A stretch of 64,000 bases of DNA, taken from contig JAURAC010000003.1 of NCBI GenBank assembly GCA_030586555.1, forward strand, positions 45,838 to 109,837, read 5' to 3'. The stretch comes from Candidatus Subterrananammoxibius californiae (lineage in GTDB: Bacteria; Planctomycetota; Brocadiia; Brocadiales; Subterrananammoxibiaceae). Positions 19,908 through 28,694 of the stretch are shown here, piece after piece. The position numbers and the translations under genes were made by a program. Numbering within the stretch: the stretch's first letter is position 1; the number at the start of each line of letters is the position of its first letter. The notes beneath the pieces were generated by a model. That model did no database searches, was not told the DNA's origin, and was given only the letters and a program-made list of their open reading frames with translations.

Positions 19908-21162
19908 GAAACCTGACACGGATTCTGACAAGGAGGAAAAATATTATTCCAGGTACGGAAAGGTGCCCTGGTGGCTGATATTGTTATGGGTTGGATTTTT
20001 TGCCTGGGTGATTATTTATATAATCAGAGGATTCGAGGCGAATGCAGAGTCCTCATTCCTTACTCAGAACTCTGAACCCCGAACTCTAAACTCTCCCTGG
20101 CCCCTCTTCAGGCACGACCCACAGCATACCGGCTATAGCCCATACAATGGTCCCAAAGAAGGTAATCTAAAATGGTACTTCCAGACCGAAGACACCGTTG
20201 ATTCTTCACCGGCTATAGGGTTGGATGGGACAATTTATGTGGGTTCTGTGGATGGAAAACTATATGCCATAAATCAGGATGGCACCCTTAAGTGGGCAAT
20301 GCCAACAGGAAGCAAGATTTACGCTTCTCCAGCGATTGGTATTGATGGCACAATTTATGTTTGTGCATGGGATGGTAAATTGTTTGCAGTAAGCCCCCAC
20401 CCTACCCTCCCCCCTGAAGGGGGAGGAATAGGGTGGGAAATTAAGTGGACGTGTCAAATAAATGGCAGGATATCATCCTCACCAGTTATCGGGGCAGATG
20501 GAACGATTTACTTCGGTTCTGATAATTATACGCTTTATGCAGTTGGCGCAGATGGTCGTATTAAGTGGGGGTTTTATACCCGCTGGTACATTGATTCCTC
20601 TCCAGCAATTGGCATAGATGGAACAATTTATGTTGGGTCAAACGACCGCAACCTTTATGCTATAAACCCTGACGGTCCGCCTCAGGCGGAGAAATGGACG
20701 TTTCAAACCGGGTCGCAAATTACATCGTCCCCTGCTATCGGCTCTGATGGGACTATTTATGTTGGCTCTACGGATGGGAAACTTTATGCCATCAAATCAG
20801 ACGGAAGCCTTAAGTGGAAATACTCCACAACGAAGTGGATTGATTCTTCTCCGGCGATATCTCAAGACGATACAATCTATTTCGGTTCTAATGATGGGAA
20901 GATTTATGCCATAAATAATGCTGGAACTTTAAAGTGGGCAGTCCCTACAGGCAGTACGATTACTTCGTCTCCTGCGGTTGACGCTGGTGGCAATGTATAT
21001 ATAGGCTCCTGGGATAAGCGTCTTTATGCAATAAGCCCCGGTGGGATTGTAAGGTGGAGTTATCCAACGAGGGGGGTAATTCGTTCTTCGCCCACAATAG
21101 GGTCAAACCGTATTATATATTTTGGTTCTGGCGATGGTAAACTTTATGCAATAGGAGATTAA
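19894..21162 (+). CDS. PQQ-like beta-propeller protein with a CcoP-N-like membrane anchor
   Basis: KVPWWLILLW..W.IIY helix, WPLFRHDPQHTG, repeated SSPAIGxDGTIYVGSxDGKLYAI. Confidence 0.78.
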   Translation: MMDVEKPDTDSDKEEKYYSRYGKVPWWLILLWVGFFAWVIIYIIRGFEANAESSFLTQNSEPRTLNSPWPLFRHDPQHTGYSPYNGPKEGNLKWYFQTEDTVDSSPAIGLDGTIYVGSVDGKLYAINQDGTLKWAMPTGSKIYASPAIGIDGTIYVCAWDGKLFAVSPHPTLPPEGGGIGWEIKWTCQINGRISSSPVIGADGTIYFGSDNYTLYAVGADGRIKWGFYTRWYIDSSPAIGIDGTIYVGSNDRNLYAINPDGPPQAEKWTFQTGSQITSSPAIGSDGTIYVGSTDGKLYAIKSDGSLKWKYSTTKWIDSSPAISQDDTIYFGSNDGKIYAINNAGTLKWAVPTGSTITSSPAVDAGGNVYIGSWDKRLYAISPGGIVRWSYPTRGVIRSSPTIGSNRIIYFGSGDGKLYAIGD

Positions 21163-21166
21163 ACCT

Positions 21167-22300
21167 TTGAAAAGAATATTATCTATTTCCTGCTGTCTGT
21201 TGTCTATTATCTGTTATCTGTCGTCTATTACTTATGCAGAAGGAGATGCAGTAATATCATGGCAAATGTTCCGCCATGATGCGGGGCATACTGGCAGGAG
21301 TCCCTATAAGGGTTCTCCCACAAATAACATGAAATGGCGCTACAAGGCTGAGGGCAGAATTACATCGTCCCCTGCAATAGGAACGGATGGAACTATTTAT
21401 GTTGGCTCTGTTGACGGGATGCTTCATGCTATAAACCCCGATGGAACAGCTAAGTGGACATTTAAGACTGATGGAGAAGTTACTTCATCTCCTGCAATAA
21501 ATGCCGATAATATAATATATGTAGGTTCGAGAGACCAGAAGTTTTATGCTATCAGCCCGGATGGAAAACTTAAGTGGAGCTACAAAACTAATGGAGGAAT
21601 CTTTTCTTCCCCAACTATAGGACCGGATGGCATTATTTACTTTGGCTCACAGGATTACAACCTTTATGCTGTTGATGCCTCTGGAACATTAAGGTGGACA
21701 TATCATGTTCAAAGTCCAATAAGCTCCTCTCCATCCGTTAGCTCACCTGAGGCGGGTGGCGTTATTTATTTCTTGTCAGGTGGCGGTGTAGTTTATGCCC
21801 TCAGCCCGGATGGCAAGTTAAAATGGTCGAAGCGTGTCGGAAGGAATACTTATTCATCCTTCGGCTCTCCTTCCGTTGACGCTAATGGAAATGTTTATAT
21901 TGGTTCGGAAAGTGGCAGATTATTTCTCCTGGGTCCAGAAGGTGAAATAAAATGGCGTGCGCAGAGTGGCAAGGCTGTGCATTCGTCCCCTGCAATTGGC
22001 GCTGATGGGACAGTTTATTTTGGTTCGTATGACAACTCCATTTATGCCGTTACCTTCGATTGTACACTTAAATGGAGCTACAAGACGGAAGGCTTTGTTG
22101 CGTCTTCACCCTGCATAGATGCTGATGGAACGGTTTACGCAGGTTCGAGCGATGGGAAGCTCTATGCAATTGGCGCTGACGGCACCATTAAATGGACATT
22201 CCAGACTGGAGACTGGATTGAATCTTCACCGGCAATAGGACATGATGGTACAATTTACATAGGGTCAAACGACACCTATCTCTATGCAATTGGGAAATAA
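21167..22300 (+). CDS. Secreted PQQ-like beta-propeller repeat protein
   Basis: Signal peptide, WQMFRHDAGHTGRS, SSPAIG repeats. Confidence 0.85.
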   Translation: MKRILSISCCLLSIICYLSSITYAEGDAVISWQMFRHDAGHTGRSPYKGSPTNNMKWRYKAEGRITSSPAIGTDGTIYVGSVDGMLHAINPDGTAKWTFKTDGEVTSSPAINADNIIYVGSRDQKFYAISPDGKLKWSYKTNGGIFSSPTIGPDGIIYFGSQDYNLYAVDASGTLRWTYHVQSPISSSPSVSSPEAGGVIYFLSGGGVVYALSPDGKLKWSKRVGRNTYSSFGSPSVDANGNVYIGSESGRLFLLGPEGEIKWRAQSGKAVHSSPAIGADGTVYFGSYDNSIYAVTFDCTLKWSYKTEGFVASSPCIDADGTVYAGSSDGKLYAIGADGTIKWTFQTGDWIESSPAIGHDGTIYIGSNDTYLYAIGK

Positions 22301-22312
22301 AGCAGGTATTGT

Positions 22313-23836
22313 ATGATAAATTCAAAAAGACCGTCTCAACTTATTATATTGTTTATGGTGTTAGGTATCATTATCTTTGTCTCCATTAGAACTGTTTGGG
22401 AACGAAGGCATCATCAGACGCATGTCAATGCTACTGCACCTAAAAAGAGCGAGGTTGTTTACTCATATAGAGGTCCAGATGGCGCACTATGGACTCACAA
22501 GGATAGAAATGCGCTTGAAAAGCTCAAGGAACACTACAGCTTAAATTCTCCTGAGATATTTAGCCGCTTTGAGGCAGAAAGACAACCTATCGAAAAGACC
22601 TTTATGGAAACTACCACAGGCAAGATGCCTGTGCCACCTGGGAACCTTATATGGAGTAGCAATTGGGCAGAGGCTATAGTAATAGGGGTGTGTACCCTTG
22701 TTATTGGCTTTGTATCACTTTATGCGCTTCGTACATCTAACGGCACAAGTCCAGAGCCAACCTCCCTTTTACCCCCCCCTTCGCAAGGGGGGGACAGTGG
22801 GGGGGTAAGGGTTCAAAATCATGACCCGGAACTCACTCCTAAATTAAAGACCATAATTATTGAACTCCTCTATCACCTTGTTACATTCTCCCAGGAGATT
22901 CCAGACTTAAAGAGCGATAGATTCAAAGAAATGATTGACGCCTATATAGCAAAATTGAAAGCCACACTGCCTCCAGAAGAACTCAATATTATCGAAAGGG
23001 AACTAAAGAAGCTTGTCGCTCAGCAGTGGAAATTAATTAAGTCTCTCATCGAAGGGAGGGATAAAGAACTAAAAGCCCTTATCGCCTCACTTGTAGAAAG
23101 TATATATTTCTTTGGCAGGGATAACGCCAATTTTTCCCTTAATATAAATAAAAATCTAACCAACATAGAGAAGGTCTTAACCCTTGATGAGATAAAAGAA
23201 GTAAGAAGAAGTATAACCGGCGAGATTGCCCATGCCAGAAAAGTTATTGAGGAAAAACATCAAAGTGATTCTAAAAAGATAGAGGAACTTTCCCGTGCAG
23301 TAAAATCCTTAGATGAAGAATTATCAGAGGTCAAGGAAGAAGCCCAGCTTGACGGCTTAACAAGGCTTTATAACAGGAGGGCATTCGATAGTAAAATCGT
23401 AGAGAAGATTGACAAGGGTAAAATAAGAGGCACTACTTTTACCCTTGCGCTAATTGATATTGATAGCTTCAAGCGTATTAATGATACGTTTGGTCATACA
23501 GTTGGGGATGAGGTTTTAAAAAATATTTCAACATTCTTGAAGAGTTATTTCAGTAAAGGCGATTTTGTTGCGCGTTATGGAGGCGAGGAGTTTGCAGTTA
23601 TCCTGAACGAGGGCAACAGGACGCTCGTTCAGAAGGTAATTGAGGGGACGCTTGCAAGCATCTCAAAGCAGAAATTTAATACTGGAGGCGAAAAGATTTC
23701 GGTTACGGCAAGCATTGGCGTCGCCTCATGTAAATGGCACGATACCGCTGAGAGTCTAATTAAACGGGCAGATAAAGCCCTTTACTCCGCCAAAAAAGGC
23801 GGGAGAAATATGGTCGTTACGGAGGATACTCTATAA
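22313..23836 (+). CDS. Membrane-anchored diguanylate cyclase
   Basis: Two TM helices, coiled coil, DGLT.LYNRR, DID.FK.IND.FGH..GD, RYGGEEF. Confidence 0.9.
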   Translation: MINSKRPSQLIILFMVLGIIIFVSIRTVWERRHHQTHVNATAPKKSEVVYSYRGPDGALWTHKDRNALEKLKEHYSLNSPEIFSRFEAERQPIEKTFMETTTGKMPVPPGNLIWSSNWAEAIVIGVCTLVIGFVSLYALRTSNGTSPEPTSLLPPPSQGGDSGGVRVQNHDPELTPKLKTIIIELLYHLVTFSQEIPDLKSDRFKEMIDAYIAKLKATLPPEELNIIERELKKLVAQQWKLIKSLIEGRDKELKALIASLVESIYFFGRDNANFSLNINKNLTNIEKVLTLDEIKEVRRSITGEIAHARKVIEEKHQSDSKKIEELSRAVKSLDEELSEVKEEAQLDGLTRLYNRRAFDSKIVEKIDKGKIRGTTFTLALIDIDSFKRINDTFGHTVGDEVLKNISTFLKSYFSKGDFVARYGGEEFAVILNEGNRTLVQKVIEGTLASISKQKFNTGGEKISVTASIGVASCKWHDTAESLIKRADKALYSAKKGGRNMVVTEDTL

Positions 23837-23910
23837 ATGAGTTAAGAGTGAAGAGTAGGGAGTTATTTGACTCTAAACTTTCAACTCTTTAACTCTAAAA
23901 CTCTTATTAG

Positions 23911-23970
23911 ACCCTCTGCAATTGCTTTTTTGGTGTGAAATACGCCTGTTAGCTCACCCTGTATTGTTTA
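23911..23970 (-). repeat. Displaced copy of the coaB 3' end (direct repeat of 24786-24843)
   Basis: ACCCTCTGCAAT.GCTTTTTTG.TGTG.AATACGCCTGTTAGCTC.CCCT.TATTGTTTA at both sites. Confidence 0.85.
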
Positions 23971-23985
23971 TAGTGTTCTTTATAA

Positions 23986-24434
23986 CTATGTTTCAAGCAT
24001 CTTCAAAAACTGGGAAACAGAAAGGATATCTATTTGATGTTCTTTAAAATAATGAAAAAGATTAATATCTCTTTTGATATCGTCATCCCTGGTTACAAGG
24101 TATTTTGCCTTGCCCAAGATGGCGGTCTCCAGCATAATGTTATCTAAGACATCACGGCAGATATGAATATTACCAGTGGGAATTACTTTGACGGAGCTTT
24201 CATTTATCAGCCGTATAAATTTTGTGATATCTGCCCTGGTTAGATGATACTTTTCCTTAATACGTGAATACGTGGACGGATGAGAACTTCTGCAAGTTCT
24301 TCAAGCATAAACGGCGAGACTACGACATTAAACCTGTGTTCTACCCACGCCTTTTTGATCATCGCAGGCAATCCAAACGGATTGATTAAAGCAGAGACCC
24401 ATACGTTAGTGTCAATCAGTACGGTGTGCTTCAT
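23986..24434 (-). pseudogene. PIN-domain toxin, frameshifted
   Basis: VLIDTNVWVSAL...; 8-bp tandem duplication AATACGTG x2 (24259-24274); removing it restores ..CRDVLDNIMLETAILGKAKYLVTRDDD.. to the stop ending at 23986. Confidence 0.88.
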
Positions 24435-24666
24435 TAAGCTGCTTCCTTACCTCTTTTCTTGCTTTTGAAATATCAGTTTCTATCTCTTTGGGGGAAAAAC
24501 TCTTTGTCTTCTTATGAACCTTTTTAAAAAGGTCATTTACCTCCTTTTGCCATTGAGCATCGGAGTAGAGGGTTACTAACAGTTTCTCATGTTCCTTTAC
24601 ATTTACCTCTTCGAGTGGTTTAAAGACTCCGTTTTCGTAAATAACCGTAATTTGTCTGGTTTGCAT
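24412..24666 (-). CDS. AF2212/DUF104-like antitoxin
   Basis: ITVIYENGVFKPLEEV; overlaps the PIN gene. Confidence 0.8.
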   Translation of the reverse strand: MQTRQITVIYENGVFKPLEEVNVKEHEKLLVTLYSDAQWQKEVNDLFKKVHKKTKSFSPKEIETDISKARKEVRKQLNEAHRTD

Positions 24667-24760
24667 AATAAACCTCTTTCAAATAATAAAATTTGTAGTT
24701 TGTTAGACGTTATAATGAATCTAAGGTTCCATTTATTTATATCAAAATGAGGGTTGCCAT

Positions 24761-25459
24761 TCAAGAAATAAGTGTTTTCATCAAACCCTCTGCAATAGCT
24801 TTTTTGTTGTGGAATACGCCTGTTAGCTCGCCCTTATTGTTTACAAAATATGCAGTGTGCCTGTCATTGTTTATATCTTCCAGCCTATTAGCAACGATGA
24901 GGTTTGCCTTACATTGGACTTGAAAGTTTCTTGCAATCTGGAGAAGCTCGTCCTTTGTCTTCCCAACCTCTAATTTGAACCCGACAAGAAATGCCTCAGA
25001 CCATAAATCCCTGATTATATTTATTCCCTTTGGCGTTTTTACCAGCTTGACTATCCATTCATCTTCTCCCGAAGAAGGGACTTTGCCCTCAATGTATCTT
25101 TCAGGTACGTAATCGAGCACAGCCATTGCGTGAATGATGGCGTCAAAATGGGTGTTCTTTAATTTTCTTTGAAGAGTCGTCAGGAGGTCGTTAACGGTCT
25201 CGACCTCTATTAGTGTAAGGTGGTTTATTGCATTCGTAGGGGCAGGTTTAAAACCTGCCCCTACAAGCGGAATAGAACTACCTGTACCATAAAGTAACGT
25301 TACTGATGCGCCCTGTCGGAGCGCCTCTGTGGCGATTTCTCTGCCCAATCTGCCCGTAGATATGTTACTTATATACCGCACGGCATCCAGATACGCCCGC
25401 GTAGAGCCAGAGGTTATAAGAATCTTTTTGCGACTAAGAGGTAATAGGTTATGGGTCAT
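24761..25459 (-). CDS. coaB: Phosphopantothenate-cysteine ligase, stand-alone CoaB domain
   Basis: ILITSGST..YLDAVRYISN.STGRLG, HAMAVLDY, LVGFKLE, IVAN. Confidence 0.88.
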   Translation of the reverse strand: MTHNLLPLSRKKILITSGSTRAYLDAVRYISNISTGRLGREIATEALRQGASVTLLYGTGSSIPLVGAGFKPAPTNAINHLTLIEVETVNDLLTTLQRKLKNTHFDAIIHAMAVLDYVPERYIEGKVPSSGEDEWIVKLVKTPKGINIIRDLWSEAFLVGFKLEVGKTKDELLQIARNFQVQCKANLIVANRLEDINNDRHTAYFVNNKGELTGVFHNKKAIAEGLMKTLIS

Positions 25460-25550
25460 AGGTGATAGGTTTAGTAGACAGTAGACAGCATACAGGGAAA
25501 AAGGAAAATTTCTCTCCCTGTTTACTGTCTACTATCTACTGTCTACTTGT

Positions 25551-26093
25551 TCATGTTTTTCTATCAAAATATATATTTTTCCCTGTTGCCGATAGAGGAA
25601 TACCCATAACGAAATCCCAACCACAGAGACCAATCTTCCGTGCAACAGCCCCTATGCGGTACATTATTCTATTATCAACGTTAAGCAGTCCAGCCGTCTT
25701 AACAGCCGAACCCAGAGCAATACCCATATCGAGCAAGCGATGCGCACATTGGGGTCCCTTAAATTCCGCTTGCTCTTTTGGTTGAAGTTCTTTGCAAGTA
25801 TTAAATCCACACGCCCCGCAGTTTAGCCCGCAGGTGGTTGCATCCTTTATACCGATAAGCAAAACTGATGATGAATCTTTTACATTCTTACCGTCTCTAT
25901 CAAAATTCTTCTTTTGATTTTTTTTGCCGTATTCAACCATCGAATAAGCAAGTTTTGCAACATCATCACCTTCGATAATCATTATCTTAACGAAATCCTC
26001 CCCCTTACTCTTTGGGGCAGTACGTGCAGAGATTGCCATAAGTTCAGCCACTATTCTTATTCCATTAGATTCGCTTCGCTCACTACAAGCCAT
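25551..26093 (-). CDS. DUF2148 ferredoxin-like domain protein
   Basis: SARTAPKSKG.D, GLNCGACGFNTC, DMGIALGSAVK, VDNRIMY; GAGG before ATG 26093. Confidence 0.8.
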   Translation of the reverse strand: MACSERSESNGIRIVAELMAISARTAPKSKGEDFVKIMIIEGDDVAKLAYSMVEYGKKNQKKNFDRDGKNVKDSSSVLLIGIKDATTCGLNCGACGFNTCKELQPKEQAEFKGPQCAHRLLDMGIALGSAVKTAGLLNVDNRIMYRIGAVARKIGLCGWDFVMGIPLSATGKNIYFDRKT

Positions 26094-26419
26094 AATTTCT
26101 TCCTCTCTAAGGTGATATAATATCTTAACTATCTGTGTAATACAGGATTGTGTGCTCAGTCCAGTCCGTTTGATGCGGATTGAAAATTTTAACATATACA
26201 ATGATAATATGTCTATATGAAAAAAAATGTAAGGGTTGGGTTTTTTTGCTTGACAGTAGTATCTGCTTATGATACGCTTTTAACACACTAAATACAATCT
26301 GTTTAGAGTTATAAACTTTTTACAAAAATTCTTGAGGTTTATTCATCAGAGAAAGGGGGGGTGATATTTACGTCCAGAACGCTTCGCGGCTTACTCATTA
26401 ATTGTCATAACAAATATCG

Positions 26420-26474
26420 GTGAAAAACAAGTACAGGCACACCTGCATAAGGCGATGGTCGACTTGCTTTTCAC
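26420..26474. repeat. GTGAAAAGCAAGT..ACTTGCTTTTCAC palindrome family (also 51118-51159, 63104-63136)
   Basis: Shared 13-bp arms at three loci with different centres. Confidence 0.7.
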
Positions 26475-26526
26475 TGGATTGTTAAACTGTCTGTTAAATC
26501 ATGGGGAATAAAAAGGAGAGTCCGAT

Positions 26527-27210
26527 ATGAACGCATATAAAAAATATATAGCGGAGTTTTTGGGTACTTTTATACTTATATTTGTTGGCTCTGGTTCTGT
26601 GTGCGCTAACTATTATCTAACACAGGCAGGACAACCAGGCTTGGGTGTTCTGGGGATAGCGCTTTCGTATGGTTTTGCAGTTGTGGCGATAGTGTATGCC
26701 CTTGGTTACGTTTCTGGTTCCCATATTAATCCGGCTACTACTGTTTCGCTCCTTGTTACAAAAAGGATTGATGCAAATACAGCCATTATGTATATAATTG
26801 CACAGTTAGCAGGCGCAGCGTTTGCCGGCTTCCTTCTCAGGGGGTTATTCCCCAAAGCCCTTGCAATAAGCCTCGGCGCTTTCCACGTTGCTGCAGGCGT
26901 GCCAGTTGTTAGAGCAATACTTATGGAAGCTATCCTGTCTTTCTTGCTCATATTTGCCGTATATGCCTGCGCAATAGACAAAAGAGCCTCTGGAGTCCTT
27001 GCGGGACTTGCAATTGGTTTAGTCGTAGTATTTGACGTAATAGTAGGCGCTACCGTTAGCGGAGGGGCGGTTGCTCCTTCTATAGCATTTGGTCCTGCCA
27101 TCGCCTCTGGTGACTTCAGCGGTCATCATGTATATTGGATTGGCCACATCTTAGGAGGTGTTGTTGCAGGTCTACTTTATGACAAGGTCTTTGCAGAGCA
27201 GACCGCTTAG
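26527..27210 (+). CDS. MIP/aquaporin-family channel, atypical second NPA
   Basis: AEFLGTF, VSGSHINPA, six TM helices, AFGPA..VYWIG. Confidence 0.9.
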   Translation: MNAYKKYIAEFLGTFILIFVGSGSVCANYYLTQAGQPGLGVLGIALSYGFAVVAIVYALGYVSGSHINPATTVSLLVTKRIDANTAIMYIIAQLAGAAFAGFLLRGLFPKALAISLGAFHVAAGVPVVRAILMEAILSFLLIFAVYACAIDKRASGVLAGLAIGLVVVFDVIVGATVSGGAVAPSIAFGPAIASGDFSGHHVYWIGHILGGVVAGLLYDKVFAEQTA

Positions 27211-27218
27211 TCCACTTC

Positions 27219-27318
27219 TGAATGCGGAATGCGGAATGCGGAATGGGGAATCGAAGACTCGTGCCGAAGGCACGGAATGAATTATTCCGCAATCTGCAAT
27301 CTGCACTCCGCATTCGAA
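27219..27318. repeat. Inverted heptamer array (GCGGAAT)n..(ATTCCGC)n with an internal hairpin
   Basis: Same unit occurs in-frame in the mnmE-like gene (417-493) and murG (about 57347-57385). Confidence 0.85.
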
Positions 27319-27353
27319 ACATGCCTGCATGGTGTCACCGTAAAATGATATAA

Positions 27354-28067
27354 ATGTTCCCATATAGAGACAAAAATCCATCAGGAACCTTTCCTTTCGT
27401 TACGGTAGCCATTATAGTTGTCAATACAATTGTATTTATCTACGAACTCTCCTTAGGTCGCAATTTAGAAGAATTTATCTACCTGTATGGCGTTATCCCT
27501 GCAAAGGTCATGCACTTCTTCAGTGTGCCTGGCGGAAATGCCAAATCGGTCTTCATGCCTTTTATCACCTCCATGTTCTTACACGCTGGATTCATGCATC
27601 TTATAGGTAATATGTGGTATCTGTGGATTTTTGGGGATAATATCGAGGACCGATTAGGACATTTTAAGTTCTTAGCATTTTATTTAGTATGCGGTGTGGG
27701 GGCATCTATCATATTTTTATTCTTCGGCAGCAAATCCCTAGTACCTTGTGTAGGCGCAAGCGGGGCAATCGCAGGCGTTCTTGGGGCATATATGATTACG
27801 TTCCCGAAGGCAAGGGTAATGACTTTTCTAATACTTGGCTTCTTCTGGACACGTGTCGAACTTCCTGCTATTGTGGTATTAGGCTTCTGGTTTGTGATTC
27901 AGTTTTTTAGTGGCACCGCAGCCGTAGCTTCTCGAGATGTGGCGGGAGGAGGCGTAGCATGGTGGGCGCATATAGGGGGATTTATTATTGGTATTGCCCT
28001 GATGTACCTGTTCCCAAAAAGGAAGCCCATTAATCAGTGGCGGCGGTCGGGAATTAGAGGGGATTAG
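27354..28067 (+). CDS. Rhomboid intramembrane serine protease
   Basis: SMFLHAG..HL.GNM.YLWIFGDN.ED, GASGA, AWWAHIGG. Confidence 0.93.
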   Translation: MFPYRDKNPSGTFPFVTVAIIVVNTIVFIYELSLGRNLEEFIYLYGVIPAKVMHFFSVPGGNAKSVFMPFITSMFLHAGFMHLIGNMWYLWIFGDNIEDRLGHFKFLAFYLVCGVGASIIFLFFGSKSLVPCVGASGAIAGVLGAYMITFPKARVMTFLILGFFWTRVELPAIVVLGFWFVIQFFSGTAAVASRDVAGGGVAWWAHIGGFIIGIALMYLFPKRKPINQWRRSGIRGD

Positions 28068-28133
28068 GGAGCCCATCGTTTGTTTTGACTTAATTTTTTT
28101 CAAAACCTGTTCCTGACAGGTTCATGAAAAGGT

Positions 28134-28201
28134 AAAATTACGTATAGTGTCCCCAGAATTACCAGCGGTGGGTTTCTCGAAGGTGAAGCGTGACGTTAAG
28201 C
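28134..28201 (+). repeat. TA-delimiting palindrome right half (copy 4) followed by the right half of an attC-like site
   Basis: AAATTACGTATAGTGTCCCCAGAATTACC then GGTGAAGC-GTGAC-GTTAAGC (L'-spacer-R', GTTRRRY). Confidence 0.6.
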
Positions 28202-28229
28202 AGAAGAATTAAAAAACAGGTTTAGATTT

Positions 28230-28457
28230 GTGAAGATAAAATTTTCTCGTCACGCGAAAAGGAGAGCAAAGCTATATAAAATTCAGGAATCAACAATTTT
28301 AAAAATTTTGCAAGGTATCGAATTATCTAAAGGAACTCATGAAATTATAGAAAATGTTGAAGGATTTGAGTATCCCCTTAAAATCATAATTGCCGTTGAA
28401 AATGATATAATAACAGTAATAACAAACTATCCTTTAAAGAAAGGAAGAAAAAAATGA
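28230..28457 (+). CDS. DUF4258-like small toxin-like protein
   Basis: IKFSRHAKRR...ITVITNYP; overlaps the DUF2283 gene. Confidence 0.7.
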   Translation: MKIKFSRHAKRRAKLYKIQESTILKILQGIELSKGTHEIIENVEGFEYPLKIIIAVENDIITVITNYPLKKGRKK

Positions 28458-28690
28458 AGGTCTATTACGACGACGAAGTAGATGCTTTGTATTTAAAGTT
28501 AGGAGATGAGTCGCCAGAAGGTGTTATAGAAATTTCAGAAGGAGTTAATTTAGATACAACTTCTGAAGACAAGATAGTGGGTATCGAAATCCTGAATGCA
28601 TCTAAAAAAATAGATTTAAAAACAATACTGTCTTACTCACTTGAATTTGATAAAGAATTAATAACTCAAAAGACAGTTTTAGAAGATTAA
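28454..28690 (+). CDS. DUF2283 protein
   Basis: MKVYYDDEVDALYLKL...IVGIEILNAS. Confidence 0.85.
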   Translation: MKVYYDDEVDALYLKLGDESPEGVIEISEGVNLDTTSEDKIVGIEILNASKKIDLKTILSYSLEFDKELITQKTVLED

Positions 28691-28694
28691 GGGA

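Noticed and set aside
24700..24716. GTCTAAC on the minus strand upstream of the antitoxin as an attC remnant
   Set aside because: Only a 7-mer with no partner arm.
26449..26510. GGCGATGG before the aquaporin, resembling a fluoride riboswitch start
   Set aside because: The 3' pseudoknot motif is absent and the sequence lies within a dispersed palindrome.
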